Part shown: positions 13,901 to 28,600 of the stretch, one piece after another
Position numbering within the stretch: the first letter of the stretch is position 1
Layout of the letters: each line of letters begins with the position of its first letter
Source: Octopus vulgaris
Taxonomy: Eukaryota
Reading direction: 5' to 3'
DNA: 64,000 bases
Assembly (NCBI GenBank): GCA_951406725.2
Contig: OX597816.1
Location: forward strand, 153,822,001 to 153,886,000
The notes under the pieces: model-generated
Told to the model about the DNA's origin: nothing
Databases searched by the model: none
What the model saw: the letters and a program-made list of their open reading frames with translations, nothing else
Made by a program: the position numbers and the translations under genes

Positions 13901-14276
13901 TGGGACACAAAACTCCACTTGTGAAGACCCGTTGAGGCAAGTGAAAATCAAAATCAAAAAAATCAAAAAATAAAAATCAGAATCAAAATCAAATCAAACC
14001 AAATCAAATCAAATCAGATATCAGAAAGCAGAACCAAAATCGAAGTCGATCAACATCAATGGAAATTGCGGCTGTGATACCAGTGCCGGTGACAAGTGAG
14101 CGAACCATCCGATCGTGGCCGTTGCCAGCGCCGCCCCGACTGGCCTCCGTGCCGGTGACACGTAAAAAGCACCATCCGTTCGTGGCCATTGCCAGCCTCG
14201 CCTGGCCCCCGTGCCGGTGGCACATAAAAGGCACCATCCGTTCGTAGCCGTTGCCAGTCTCGCCTGGCCCCTGTGC
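10984..14276 (+). mobile_element. RTE-clade non-LTR retrotransposon (APE-RT with inserted PHD finger), 5'- and 3'-truncated, frameshifted
   Basis: APE motifs (GVGI, SAYAPQ, AGD[F]NG, IDY) lie in broken frames. The 589-aa ORF 12066-13835 has RT motifs (QFGF, FVDMEKAFDRV, GVHQG, LLYADD) and an RTE-like C-terminus (RLRWYGHV, RPRKTW). The 3' UTR has (AAAATC)n and ~60-bp tandem units. Lesions near 11235, 11566, 11760 and 12080. Confidence 0.93.
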
Positions 14277-14379
14277 AGATGACTTCTTCTGAGTGCTGTA
14301 TACTTAGAAGAAATCATCTACTGTCAATAACATAAATATATAATCAAGACAAAACTTACAACTTAAACAAATGGCATCA

Positions 14380-14580
<201 letters not shown>

Positions 14581-14899
14581 TTAACAATTTACTTAGGTAA
14601 AGCAACACCACATAGAGGTTTGGCATATTTAAAGAATGAGAATTGTGACATTGCCCTGTTCCTTAAGTATAAATTAATATAAAATGCTCTATTTCTTTCT
14701 TTTTACATTTCATTTTCTATGCTAACTTTAGGTAGAATGGTTATCCATACTACATAATGCAGTAAATAAGGTTTATATGTGAGAGTTAATACTGAATGTA
14801 ATGTAAAAGTAGTCATCAGTGGCATAGGTCATTCTAATTGCACAAGTTTGTAGAATAACATTCTTTTCTGTTCTTCACTGTAGGCAAATAATGTGTTCC

Positions 14900-15990
14900 A
14901 AACAGAAGCAACATACCACCACTAAGTTCCTGACAAACAAGGGGTGCAGGTTTTCCGATATCCACAGAAGGTTACACACTATTTACAAAGATGCCATCAA
15001 TGACAAGGGCCTTGTGCCTAGATTGATGAAGTTTAAAGACGAGGAAAACCAGCATTGAAGACAAATTATGTGGTGAGAAATTATTGACTGCAAGCAGTGA
15101 CATAAAATACCAGCAAATTGATTCATACAGACAAATGAGTACCAATATATAAGCTTGCTGCACAACTGAACTGTGGTCACAACACATTACAGAAAACACT
15201 GGAAGATATTGGGTATCGGAAAGTGTGTGCAAAGTAGGATAACTTAGCAACTTCAAAGATTTGAAAGGGAGAATGCTGGAATTTGCTCTGATGTGCTGGG
15301 AGCATTTGAAGTCAATGAAAACAGGTTTTTTTTTTTTACCTCTAGTGACAGGAGATAAAACAAGTATATTTTTATGATCCGGAAAAGAAGACCCGATCTA
15401 TGGAATGGCACCACACTCCTTCCCCATGGCCTAAAGTTTTTATGATCCGGAAAAGAAGACTCGATCTATGGAATGGCACCACACTCCTTCTCCATGGCAC
15501 AGAAAGTAATGAGGACTGTGTTGGGAGTTGACAAGGGCATAGTTATCTTGATTTTCTGGAATGTAGCTGTACTGTGAACTGCAAATAGTACGTTGCGACA
15601 CTTAAAAAGCTTAGAAAATCCATTAGGAGTAGGAGATGGAACATGACAATATGTGGCCACACACATCTTTGGCACCAAATCAGCCAATCCACAAACTGGG
15701 CCAGTCAGCAGTCTGCCATTCACTGTACAGCTTGGATCCAGTTCCCACTGACTTCTACTAGTTTTGTTTAATGAAGGACAGTCTTCAGGAACAATGATTT
15801 AATGACAGAGAAGAGGTGAAAGTGGTTGTAAAAAAATGGGTACAACAGCACACAACTGAATTTTTTCAAAGAAGATTTGAGAATTGGGGTCAAGCATGGT
15901 GCAAATGCATTGCTTGTGATGGTGAATTATTCAACCAACATGTAATTTGAACAGCTTATGTCAGTTAATAAAGGTCATACCAACTTTTGC
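14900..15990 (+). mobile_element. Decayed mariner relic with an internal 68-bp-period tandem duplication
   Basis: Translates to GDKTSIFYDPEKKTRSMEWHHTPSP (mariner TGDE.W...YDPE.K..S.EW motif). Boundaries approximate. Confidence 0.7.
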
Positions 15991-15996
15991 ATTAGC

Positions 15997-15999
<3 letters not shown>

Positions 16000-16028
<29 letters not shown>
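16000..16028. repeat. (AG)n microsatellite
   Basis: Seen directly. Confidence 0.95.
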
Positions 16029-16031
<3 letters not shown>

Positions 16032-16809
16032 GTAAAGGAAATAGAAAACTCAAGAAATAGAAAACAAGCATGAGAGTATACAGAGAGAGAAGGGAAGTAA
16101 GAGAAAAAGGAGCAGAAATGAATGTAAGGGACAAAGTTTTGTTTTCTCAGAAGACATTCCTATCCAGATATGATAGGCATTGGTAGTATTTCAGTTACAA
16201 TCTCTTCCTCTTCAATTAAATATTGTCAAACTGAGAAACCAATAAATGAAATTACATGAAGATTCACATCCTTCTCAAGAATCAAATCTCCCTCAAAAAC
16301 TAACTTTAATAGAGGAACTAAAAATCTCAAGGCATAATGTCCCACTATAAAGACAGAGAATGATCACTGACAAAATACTAAACTTACGGCAAAGTTCAGC
16401 ATAAAACAATATGCTAGATACCTAAAGACTATGTTGGGCAGGAGTATTAGATATTTGACCCAATATATCCATTATAAAGGATGTCTAAACAACAGCCAAA
16501 GACTTCCAGCAGAGTTTATCCATGGTGCAAAGGCATAGCTTGTTGACAATTGATGAGATGTTATGTTTTGATGATTTTCATGGAAAGCAAAAGGAATTCA
16601 ATCAAACTCCCACAGATGGTTTGACTGAATGACTTCTGAAAATAAAAGATTTCAAGTGGAAAATAATAAGGCTGTCTCAAAAGAAAGGGCATGGTTCTCA
16701 ATCAGTTGGTTGATGCAATACTGACATCAACTTACAAATTCTAGATAATATTTTCAATTTTCTTGCATTCTGTTTTGTAGTTTACAGTTAATCTGCTTTT
16801 CATTGAGAT

Positions 16810-17750
16810 ATGTATAAGTTCTGGGTGTGGAGCTAAAGAACAGGCACTAGTCATCTCCCCACGTTCAGGGTCAATAGGATTATAAGCTTTGGACACATAA
16901 GGAACGCAGTAGTATGGGATGAATGTTAACAGAGAATATAGTCTTTATGTGTGGTAAATGTGTAAGCACAATAAGCACTAAAAGTGCACAGACAATGGAC
17001 TTCCTCAAATGCTAGGGGAAGGGGCATTAGAAGTAGTAGATAGCTTCTGTTACTTAGGAGATCAAGTTAGCAGTGGTGGAGGAATTTCTGAAAGTGTAGT
17101 TGCTAGAATAAGAACAGGCTGGGCATAGTTCAGAGAGCTTCTACCTTTGTCGGTAACTAAGAGCTTCTCCCTCAGAGAGAAAGGTAGATTGTATGATGCC
17201 TATGCACATACAACTATGTTACATGGCAGTAAAACATAGGCTTTGACTACAGAGGACTTGCAAAGGCTTGAAAGAGTAGAAACTAGCATGCTTTGCTGGA
17301 TGAGTAATGTCAGTGTGCATGCACAACAGAGTGTAAATGATTTAAGAGGAAAACTGGGTATAAGACATTGTGAGCAAGAGAGAAGACTGTCTGTGCTAGT
17401 TTGGTCATGTGATACATTTGGATGAGGGCAGCTGTGTAAAAAAAAAGTGAAAGCTCTAATTATGGAGGGAACCTGCAGAAGGGTAGACCCAGGAAGATGT
17501 AGGATGACATGGTGAGAAAGGATCTCTGGATGCTGGACCTCAGTGAGGAAATGAGAAGGGGCTGGAAGATGAAGTGATTTGCTGTATTTGAAAAGATGTG
17601 CCAAGGGAAGTAAAATCACAGTCTTCAATAACATACAGGCTTGTCCTTTCAGGTGCCAGTGCCACATAAAAAGCACCCATGCCAGTGCTGCATGCTTGCA
17701 CACACTGTTAAGTGGTTTGCATTAGAAAGGACCAATGATGATGATGATAA
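16810..17750 (+). mobile_element. Degenerate RTE LINE 3' portion (PHD remnant, RT C-terminus, tail)
   Basis: Homologous to about 13050-13830 (gaagtagtagatagcttctgttacttagg; LQRLERVETSMLCWMSNVSVH); ends in gatgatgat. Confidence 0.85.
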
Positions 17751-18180
17751 CATACATTGCTGAGACGTCCTCTCAGTCAATGCTGCAGAGGCTACATATT
17801 TGAAACTTCAAACCAAGGGTTGATGATGTGTAGTAGGAAAATGATAGCAGGAGAAGTTTAAACTAGGTCAGAGCCTTTTTATCATTATTAATATTATTTA
17901 TTATCATAAATCAAATTACTGAAATCTTAGGAGTTTCTCCAGCGACAACCCTATACCTAAGACTTAGTCGCAAACTTGTTCTTTGTAGGGCACAAATCAA
18001 GTCATTTGGATAAACAAGTTGAAATCCTTCACTGGACCTTTGCAAATTTATTACCTCAATATTTTCAACCTAAGATAATACCCATCAGTTCACAATAGTG
18101 TTATCATTAAAAAAAAAAACATCCAGCTGTAAAACCCAAATGTCTCAATAAGAGTTTTACACCTCTAAAAAACCTTCCTA

Positions 18181-18531
<351 letters not shown>

Positions 18532-18943
18532 TCATGTGAAAAGATGCAATATTTATTGTGAGCTTATCCAGCATATAATAGCATGATAGAATGAACACAA
18601 AATTAGTGATGACAATGATTAAAGATGGTAAATATCCCAACTAAAATAATGGCAATGGTGATAGAGATGACAATGATAGTAACAGAGATGCCAACAATTA
18701 TGAATGGTGATGATAGCACAACATAAATAACAAGAACAAAAACAATGATGACATATGACAATGATATACTTGTGTATGTGTGTGTATGTGTGCATCCACA
18801 TATATGCCTAAGTATAATAACTTGTGCTACTACATCATTACATGCACACACACACGCGCATATATATATATATATATATATATTACTTACACCCTCAGTC
18901 ACTTTAGTGACAATAGTACTTGTGCCTTTTGGTGTGTGTGTGC

Positions 18944-18976
<33 letters not shown>

Positions 18977-18978
<2 letters not shown>

Positions 18979-19336
18979 CGAATCGTGGCCGATGCCAGCG
19001 CCGCCTCGACTGGCTTCCGTGTCGGTGGCACGTAAAAGGCACCATCCGAATCGTGGCCGAAGCCAGTGCCGCCTCGACTGGCTTCCGTGCAGGTGGCACA
19101 TAAAATGCACCAATCCGACCGTGGCCGATGCCAGCCTCACCTGGCACCAGTGCAGGTGGCACGTAAAAAGCACCCACTACACTCACGGAGTGGTTGGTGT
19201 TAGGAAGGGCATCCAGCTGTAGAAACATTGCCAGATAAGACTGGAGCCTGGTGCAGCCTTCTGGCTTCCCAGATCCCCGGTCGAACCGTCCAACCCATGC
19301 TAGCATGGAGAACGGACGTATGATGATGATGATGAT
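18977..19336 (+). mobile_element. Young RTE 3'-UTR/tail copy inserted in a (TA)n tract
   Basis: About three tandem units plus the conserved tail ...catgctagcatggagaacggacgt(atg)n. Nearly identical to 61298-61608. Confidence 0.88.
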
Positions 19337-19405
19337 ATATATATATATATATATATGATGGGGTCCTCTTTTTATGATTTAAAAAAAGAAAAACAAGATA
19401 ACTTA

Positions 19406-19528
<123 letters not shown>

Positions 19529-20163
19529 CTATAAAGAAAATGCAATGAACAATGGTTATTCAATGTATTCACAGTTGAAATTGGATCAAACCAGGCATTC
19601 TCAAATTTGTAAATACAACTCCAATATGCTAACATGTGTTAAAAACACAAACAGGAAACACCCACAAACTCAAAACATCTTCATGAACAAGGTTACCTAC
19701 ATGCTAGATGTGTGACCTTTGCATCAAAAAATAAATTAGAAACAAATACATTATTTTTAATTAATTAGAAAAACCACATAAAACATGTAAATTTGAAACG
19801 CTAAAAATTCAGTAATGTCTGATTAAAGATAAATAATTTTTCGTCCTGATTATATTTAATATCAAGTTTCAACGAAGTCAGACAGAAAATCATTTGTTGG
19901 TTTAGTTCATCAACATGGTTCATTTCACATAAGCTTTCTACTATAAAACAAAGAAGGGGATTTCGTTTTCAATATAACATCTTTGACCAATAGGTCAGCA
20001 ACTGAATAACACATAGCTAACTCCTACATTCTGCACACTTCTTGCTACAGTTAACATAGAGACTCAATTTGGCACCTGAATACAAAGGAGGACAAAATTA
20101 CAGTGGCAGTAGTAATAAGTAGTTCATAGTAAATAATAAATACAAATTAATTCTACTTTATCA

Positions 20164-20409
<246 letters not shown>

Positions 20410-21522
20410 TTACAATTTAAAAGATTTTAACTTAAAATCCAGTGAATAAAAAATATTTCCAGCATAAATTTGTAGCCAATGTAAGAAATCAATATTATTA
20501 TTACTATTAGTGCAGAAACATCCATTAGAAACAAGTATTAGACCATCAACTTCAAATCCTGCTAAAGTTGATAAAACAAAGTACATCCTTCTCAGCTGGA
20601 AATATGTATTATAGAGTAAGAACATTTTGCTGGTTTAAGTGGCAGCAGTTTTGTAAAACTTACAAATGTTTCGTTATCTTGCACTGCTAAGGTCAACTCT
20701 TCCTATGGACTATACCTTGAAGAAGTAAGAGCTGTCAAAATGACTTTGCTAGAGTTACACTACATGAAGACCAAAGCTTACAATCATTGAAAGAAGAGTA
20801 AGAAGTGGGGTTGAAAAGAAACCACTAATTTAGATTCAGGTAAATAATGTACATTTTTTTTAAAGCTCAAAGGGGTCAGTCAATGTTCAAGTCTTATTTC
20901 TTTAGAACTAATCAGATGAGAGAAAGAGGCTGAGTCTATCAATAGATTTAATTTAGAAAATCAGCCAAAAGAGTTTCCATATTGTCACTTGACTTGCTAA
21001 AAGTAGTAACAAAGTTCTCATATCAAAACCTACTATCTTAAACAGTGTAGTCTTTCATCATACATCTACTCAGTCACAGCTGATCTTGAACTAAACAACA
21101 GCTTAGTCAGAACAGCCTGATACCTACTCCTTTTGGTAACTAACAGATGTAAAGAAAACTGAGGTAGAAAATAAAACAGAAGACAAATTTTAAATGATAT
21201 AAAAAGTCAATTGCAAATAATTAAAAGATAATAGATATCATAGGACAAGCAGCATATTTTATTTTTCAGTCTTTTGAAAATTTTGTATTTAATCCAATGA
21301 TTAGCTAAAAAAATTTACAGAACAAAGGACAGATGATATAAGAAGGCTGTGTTAGTCTTGTATTATTATTGCAAAACAGTAACAAAGTTGTAAAAATGAC
21401 AAATTGAATGTTCACCATTCCATTAAAAAGGTAATCATTTCTAATTCCCATGAATATACTCCATTCCCATGAATATACTCCATGAATTTCATTATTTCAA
21501 TTAGCATAATATGACAACATAC

Positions 21523-21628
21523 CTTTACAATACTGCAGTAGTATCAGCACCTCATATACTTTATTAGGAGTGACAGTTATACTGGAATCAACATATTTAA
21601 TAATATTTTTGTGTCCACTGAGAGTTTT
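21523..21628 (-). CDS. AAK1: AAK1-like exon 3 (KTLSGHKNIIKYVDSSITVTPNKVYEVLILLQYCK-G)
   Basis: LSGHKNI and EVLIL motifs of NAK kinases. Acceptor tttttag, donor gtatgt; 106 nt, phase 0 to 1. Confidence 0.95.
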
Positions 21629-23275
21629 CTAAAAATAGAAAACATAAAAAAATTAAAATTAAATAATTTTTTTAAAGTGAATTTTTACAGATTTTAAAAT
21701 AACTCAGATTAGATTATAAGTGTATGTTGTTAGGTTATAAGTCAATAGGTTATTATGAGACAAAATGTAAGATTATAGTAACTCATATTAGTTTAAGCTA
21801 AGTAGTATAGTTAGGCTATGTAGTCAGCATGTTCTAAAATTAGATTCCATATATTGTTATACAATTGCCCAAATGCTACATTATAGTCCTTCACAATATT
21901 TACCAGGTGTGGCATATGCATTTATCCAATTCAGCAGCTTCATTGTTTTTGTTGTGAGGACCAGTGGAGATGAAAAACTACCTTACATGGGAAACATGTA
22001 AGAGTTGGTAACAAAGAGAATATCAAATTATAGAAAATTGTGCTTCAACATATTTCAACTAATCATGTGTGTATCTTTCTCTAGGTAACTGCTTCTATCC
22101 TCATTCCTGTTAACTCTTGCTCTTTTTCTTTCCCCTCTCTCCCTCTCTCTCTCTTTGGTTGGGTAACCATGAACCTCCTCTACAGCAAGACATCTATTTC
22201 TGCCTCTGTCACATTCTAATCTCTAATTATCTGACATAAGATCACCTCCTCCAATGCCCCCTTCCCTCTCAAAGACTCTATCTTGGAAAGTCATTTGGTG
22301 TCCATGCCAATGCAGGTGCCACTTAAAAAGCACCCAGTTTACACTGTAAAGTGGTTCGGCATTTGGAAGGGCATACAGTTGTAAAAACCATGCCAAAACT
22401 GACCTTACCTGTGCAAGTGCCATGTAAAAAACACTCAACCCACTCTATGGAGTGGTTGGTGTCAGAAAGGGCATCCAGTCATAAAAACCATGCCAAAAAA
22501 CATTCAGAAGCATGGCACAGGCTCCCGTCTGGCCAGCTCCTGTCAAACCATCCAGCCCATGCCAGCAAGGAAGGAGGACATCAAATGAGGATGATGATGT
22601 ATGCATGCAAAAATGATTATAATAATGATAAATCTAACATATTAATTACATTTTTACTACAATTATCAATAACTGGATGCCTTTCATAATGCCAACTGTC
22701 AGTGTTTAGCACTGCTTTCCAAACTTAAAGCCATATCCATTATTGCAGGTTTTTCCAACCCATTTCACCTTATCTAACCCTTAATGTATTAGGAACAATT
22801 TTCTTAGAAGATGAACATTTGAAAATTCCCAATGTCATAGACCCAATTTACCTTCTGCATCTGTTAATATAGACATTTACAACCACCCTCAAGTAAATAG
22901 CTTTGTAATCTTCTCAGGTGATCTGAGCATAAAAAATGGGTAATAGAGAGAAAAACATTCACCAAAAGTAAGATGCAGGCATGGCTGTACAATAAAGAAA
23001 TTTGCTTCAAAACAAAGTGGCTTAGACTTCTTTCCCACCGAATGAACGCTGTCAGCTGGTATTCTCTACTGAAGATGCAAGTTAATCAAAATCTTGTTGG
23101 TGAAATTTGGTAAACATGGCCAGCCATGAGCTGCTCATTATTCAAAGGTGTGGGAGAAATAATACCTTACTTGGAGAAAAGTGAGAGTTGACAACAAAAA
23201 GAACATCTGACTACATAAAAATTTGACTAATCCAAACATGAAAAAGTGGACATTAAAATGGTGGTGATGCACATA

Positions 23276-24560
23276 CAAGGGGGTACCCAAAAGAAACTGG
23301 AAACATTCTCTTTGTATGGGACAAGCCTGTTGTAGTTAAGGCTTCTGCTATTAGAAGCCACTTGACACCACCCTCAGGCATCAGTCTGCCAGCCAGCATC
23401 GTCAAGTGATGTCATACTGCCACATGATGCATTTTTGCTACTCCCCAGTTTGGTGATTTTTGCAATGGCTGAAATGAAAGAACAGCATGCATCCATGAAA
23501 TTCTGTTTTCTGCTAGGGAAAACAGCAGCCAAAACAGCTGTCATGCTTCAAGCAACTTACAAGGATGCTGCCATGAGCAAAACAAGTTTACAAGTGGCTT
23601 TCACGCTTTAGGAATGGTCACTTGTCACTTAAGACCAACCTTGTTAAGGGCAACCATCGATCTCCCAAACAAATGAAAACATCACAAAAATTCATGGACT
23701 GTTGCTGAACAATTGATGAGCTTGTTGATATGACTGGTGTAACCTGGAGCTTCTGCCAATGAATTTCAAGTGAGGAAATGTGAATGAAAAGAGTTGCAGC
23801 AAAATTTATGCCTTGCTTGCTTTTGGAAGATCAAAAGCAGTCATGATTGAATGCATGTCATGAACTGAAAGAACAGTTGGAAGTTGATCTGGACCTTTTT
23901 CCAAAGGTCATCATTGGTGATAAAAGCTGGTGCTACAGCTACAACCTGGAAACAAAGCAACAATCAAGCTAATGGAAGTATTCAATGTCACTATGCCCCC
24001 CAAAAAGTGCATCAAGTGAAGTCCAATGTCATGATGATGCTGATTTGTTATATCGATGCAAAAGGAATTGTCCACACAGAATTTGTTCCTTCTGGTCAAA
24101 TGCTAATCAGACATTTTACTTATCAGTTCTGAAGCATTTATGAGACGTGGTCAGACAAAGACACCCTGACCTGTGGCAAAGTGGAGAATGGTGGTTTCAT
24201 CATGACAATGTGCCTGCACATACTACCTTGAGTGCCAAAAATGGCATGGCCTCGCTTACCCACCCTCCCTATTTGCCCAATCTTGCTCCCTGTGACTTTT
24301 TTCTGTTCCCCCAAATGAAAAAGTCCTTAAAGGAAAACACTTTGCAGATATGGAAGAGGTAAAGAAAAAACAACAACAGAGGCATTAAAAGGCATCACTT
24401 TGCAAGAGTTCCAGCACTGTTTTGAACAGTGGAAAGTGTGTCTGGACTAATGTATTGCTTCATATGGAGAATACTTTGAAGGTGATAAAAATGTAAACAT
24501 GTAAAACTAAGTGAATAAAATAATATTGCAAAATTCCAGTTTCTTTTGGGTATCTGCTTG
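23276..24560 (+). mobile_element. Full-length (1285 bp) decayed mariner transposon
   Basis: TA|CAAGGGGGTACCCAAAAGAAACTGGAA ... TTCCAGTTTCTTTTGGGTATCTGCTTG|TA terminal inverted repeats with TA duplication. Transposase motifs FHHDNVPAHT and HPPYLPNLAPCDFFLFP; stops and frameshifts. Confidence 0.92.
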
Positions 24561-25036
24561 TAAGTTATTGAAGTACTAACACAAGCAATCATCTGACGAT
24601 GATGATTAACATGATATTAATCATTTATTCTTCAAAGCCACCAATAACATTATCATGTAAAACATTAACAAAATCATCCCCAACAATTACTCTCATGATA
24701 ATAAAACAACAATGAATCAATGACATTTTCAGTTATTAATTCAATATTTTCTAAATAATTTACATTTGTACCTTTTACCGAAGAAATTAAATTTAATTAA
24801 ATTTAATTTGTTTCATCCTATTATCTGTGCCAGAATAACTGCAAGGTTTTACTCAAGATTTCAAATAGTATAAAGTAACATGTTTTTTAAAAAAATTTAC
24901 ATGTATTCCTAAATTTTGGAAAGGCTAAAACATTTTTGAAGAAAACCATTTTTAAAAATAGTGGCATTTTATCCAAACTAGTTCAAAGCTATTATTTATT
25001 GTATAAATGTAATAAACTTTTCTTCCAGTTTGTTCC

Positions 25037-25073
<37 letters not shown>

Positions 25074-25074
25074 A

Positions 25075-25885
25075 AATTAGTAGTGGGGGAGGTTGTTCTG
25101 AAGGCAAAGCTGCAAGTATAAGAATAGGCTGGGCAAAGTTCAGAAAGCTTCTACTTCTGTTAGTAATAAAGGGCCTCTTCCTAGTGTGAAAGGAAAATTG
25201 TATGATGCCTGTGTATGAACAGCTATGCTACATGACAGTGAGAAATGGATTGTGACTACTGAGCATATGTGAAGGCTTGAAAGAACTGAAGCCAGTATGC
25301 TCCACTGGGTGGGTAATGTCAGTGTGCATCTTCAACAGAGTTTAAGTGATTTGAGAAGCATTGGATGTAGTGCACAAGAGAGAAGACTGCGCTGATACAG
25401 TCATGTAATGCATATGAATGAAGACAGTGGCATCAAGAGGTGCCAATCTTTAATTGTAGAAAGAACATGTAGAAGGGGTAGACCCAGGAGGACATGGGAC
25501 GAAGTGGTAAGAAAGGATCTTCAGACATTGGCCCACACAGAAAGGATGACAAGGGACTGAGACAACCGGTTGTTTGCTATGCTTGAGAAAACACGCCAAT
25601 CTAAGTAAAATCATGGATGTCCATGCGCACAGGCTTATCCCCTGCATCCCTCTTCAGCTGAGCATTCCTAATTTTGCTGGGTGCTGGTGCAACATAAAAA
25701 GCACTCATACCAATGCCACATAAATGCACCCAGTACACTCTGTAAAGTGGTTGGCATTAGGAAGGGCATCCAGCTGTAGAAACCATACCAAAACAGACAT
25801 GAAACCTAGGCAACTCTTCAGCTGGCCAGCTCCTGTCAAACCGTCCAACCCATGCAAGCATGGAAGACAAACAATGATGGTGATG
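25075..25885 (+). mobile_element. Degenerate RTE LINE 3' portion with tail
   Basis: Homologous to LINE 13285-13830 and continues directly into the common tail. Confidence 0.85.
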
Positions 25886-26212
25886 AGACACACACACTAC
25901 TGGTTTTATGTATGTGAAGGTGCATGGCCTAGTAGTTATGGTATTTCACTCACGACTAGAAAATCATAGTTTCAATTCCCAGACCAGTTGTACTTTGTGT
26001 TCTTGAGCAAAACTCTTCATTTCATGTTGCTCCAGACCACTCAGTTGTAAATGAGTAACCCTGTGGCAGACTGGCATTCTATTCAAGGACAATGCTGACC
26101 TACCCACCTAGTTAGTGGGAAGGTATCATTCAAAAGTTACTACAACGCAAGAAAGTGCATTGTGACTAGCAATATACAGCAGCATACAATAGTCTGGTTG
26201 ATACAGTGGTAT

Positions 26213-26450
26213 ATATAAGAATAATATAACACAAGGCTGGAGGATATTAAGCTTTAATAGTAGATCAAAATATTTGTTTCTGCACTGCACACCAGCTTTA
26301 AGTTGCTGGGTTTATGTCCATATAATCTTGTATAATAGTATATGAATATAAACTCAGCAACTTAAAGCTGGTATGCAGTGCAGAAACGAATGTTGTGATC
26401 TACTATTAAAGCCCAATATCCTCTATCCTCATGTTATATTATTCTTATAT
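26213..26450. mobile_element. Palindromic MITE-like element (~240-bp hairpin)
   Basis: Arms atataagaataatataac...ctgcactgcacaccagctttaagttgctg and cagcaacttaaagctggtatgcagtgcag...gttatattattcttatat. Confidence 0.8.
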
Positions 26451-26591
26451 TAGTCTTATGTAAAGAAAAGTTTCACATCAGTATCCAGCCCTGGAAGATA
26501 TCCTGCTGTAGGATAACATGTGGTGGCCAAATAACGGCATAAGAGCTTTTAAGTGCACATTATTAGGTTTTTACACAAATTATATTTTATT

Positions 26592-26773
<182 letters not shown>

Positions 26774-26860
26774 ACTGGAATTGTTTTCAACTTCCATAAA
26801 AACCAAAAACATAAACAGCTAAATTTAAAATTTTAAAAAATTTCTTTCATTTCTAACTCA

Positions 26861-27037
<177 letters not shown>

Positions 27038-27589
27038 TCAAAACAAAGTTTGAGAAAGAAATAAAAGAAAAAATGCTCAAGGTTACTTTTAATTAAAGAA
27101 ATCTATTCAACAAGATCACACTTCTTGGGTTAAATTAGTAAATAAGGCAAATAGACAGGTCAGGCAAAGCCTTGATGAATAGTTAAATGTTAATAGTGTA
27201 GAAACATTAGTGCCATTAACACTCATTACTATTTCTGTGGAAAATGTAGAAGTTAAGCTTCTGTTGAACGAAGTCCAGTAAGTCAGTGCCATTTCAATTT
27301 ACTGGTGATACTAAATATACTTTGAAAAACATGAAATTTACACAATATAATTTTCCCTGTCACATAGATCTATGTCAAATAATAATAATGATAATAATCA
27401 ATATTATTACCATCATCATCATCATTGAGACTGTGGATATGCTAAATCAATTACAAATTCCTATATAAAACATTTTGAAGATAGTTTTGTCTACATTCTG
27501 AGTTCATATTTCAGTAACAACTTTGTTTTTCATCCTTGTAGTGTTGGTAAAATAATACCAGTAATATACATTTTTCACCATGTATCTTC

Positions 27590-28600
27590 TACCAGTCAGA
27601 AAAGAGCAATGCTGGGGACCTAGCAACTGGAATGTGATCAGGCATTCACCACATGCCACCAATTAGACAATGCAATAATTGAAAACTCCACTTGAGCAAT
27701 ATAAAGCAGACTAGTGGTGGACAAGAACAATAATATCCTCAGGAAAACTCTAGGCATCAATGAGGACAAACTGGCTGATGTGTTGTGGGGGATTTACAAG
27801 CCAAGGATAACTATGGATAACTTCTAGAAATCCTTGACCTGGCAACAGTACCAAAGGATATTACTGATTGAAGATAACAGGCACAGAAATGCCATGAAGC
27901 AGAAATGTCGAAGATGCATGCAGAGCAATCAAACTGTACTGCATACAGTGCCCAAGCATTACTGATTTGTGGAGTTGTGGCAAATAGCTGTTGTTACATA
28001 TAGGTCACATACGGCTATTGGGCAAGATCATCCTGAAGATCACGCCACTGCTTTCTTTTAATAAAACTGGGCAAGAGGTTTTTCTCTAGCTGATGGCTAT
28101 GGCAAATTAGTTTACATGGTGTATAAAACTTTACACATTAAAGTAAAACATGTTTCTCTTTGATCAAGCCTTCATTGACTTTTTCAAATTTCATCTGGAA
28201 AAGACAGTGAAGGTAGCAAAGGAAGTACTCTCCTCCAGTAAGCTTTTCAAAATAAGGGTGACTGTGACAAAACTGGTTAAAGTGAATGGTACTCTAAGTA
28301 TGTATTTGTAGATTGGAGAACAACAGTTAGGCAGGGGCTTGTTTCCTTGGTAATCAGTGTGATTTTGGATATGTGGGGTTCTTTGACTGGCACTAGCTGG
28401 GAGACTCATTTATATCAAGAGGATTGCATTATTCATGTATTCATATACTTTGTATATGAGTACTTCCCATTTCATTCCTCCCCTCCACCTTTCCTCCCTC
28501 ATCAGTGACTTTTGTACACCCCAACAAATTGTAACCCATTTTGTAACTTTCCTCTCATTTGATGCCTCTGTGGCAAATAGATGAAATCACTATCATTATC
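27590..28600 (+). mobile_element. Degenerate Tx1/L1-like LINE 3' remnant
   Basis: KCRRCMQSNQTVLH...QCP near 27903-27953 resembles the ORF2 C-terminal CCHC knuckle. Heavily decayed; boundaries uncertain. Confidence 0.45.

Noticed and set aside
14082-14276. CRISPR-like array of palindromic repeats
   Set aside because: The units are contiguous tandem repeats with no unique spacers, there are no cas genes, and the context is a eukaryotic LINE 3' UTR.
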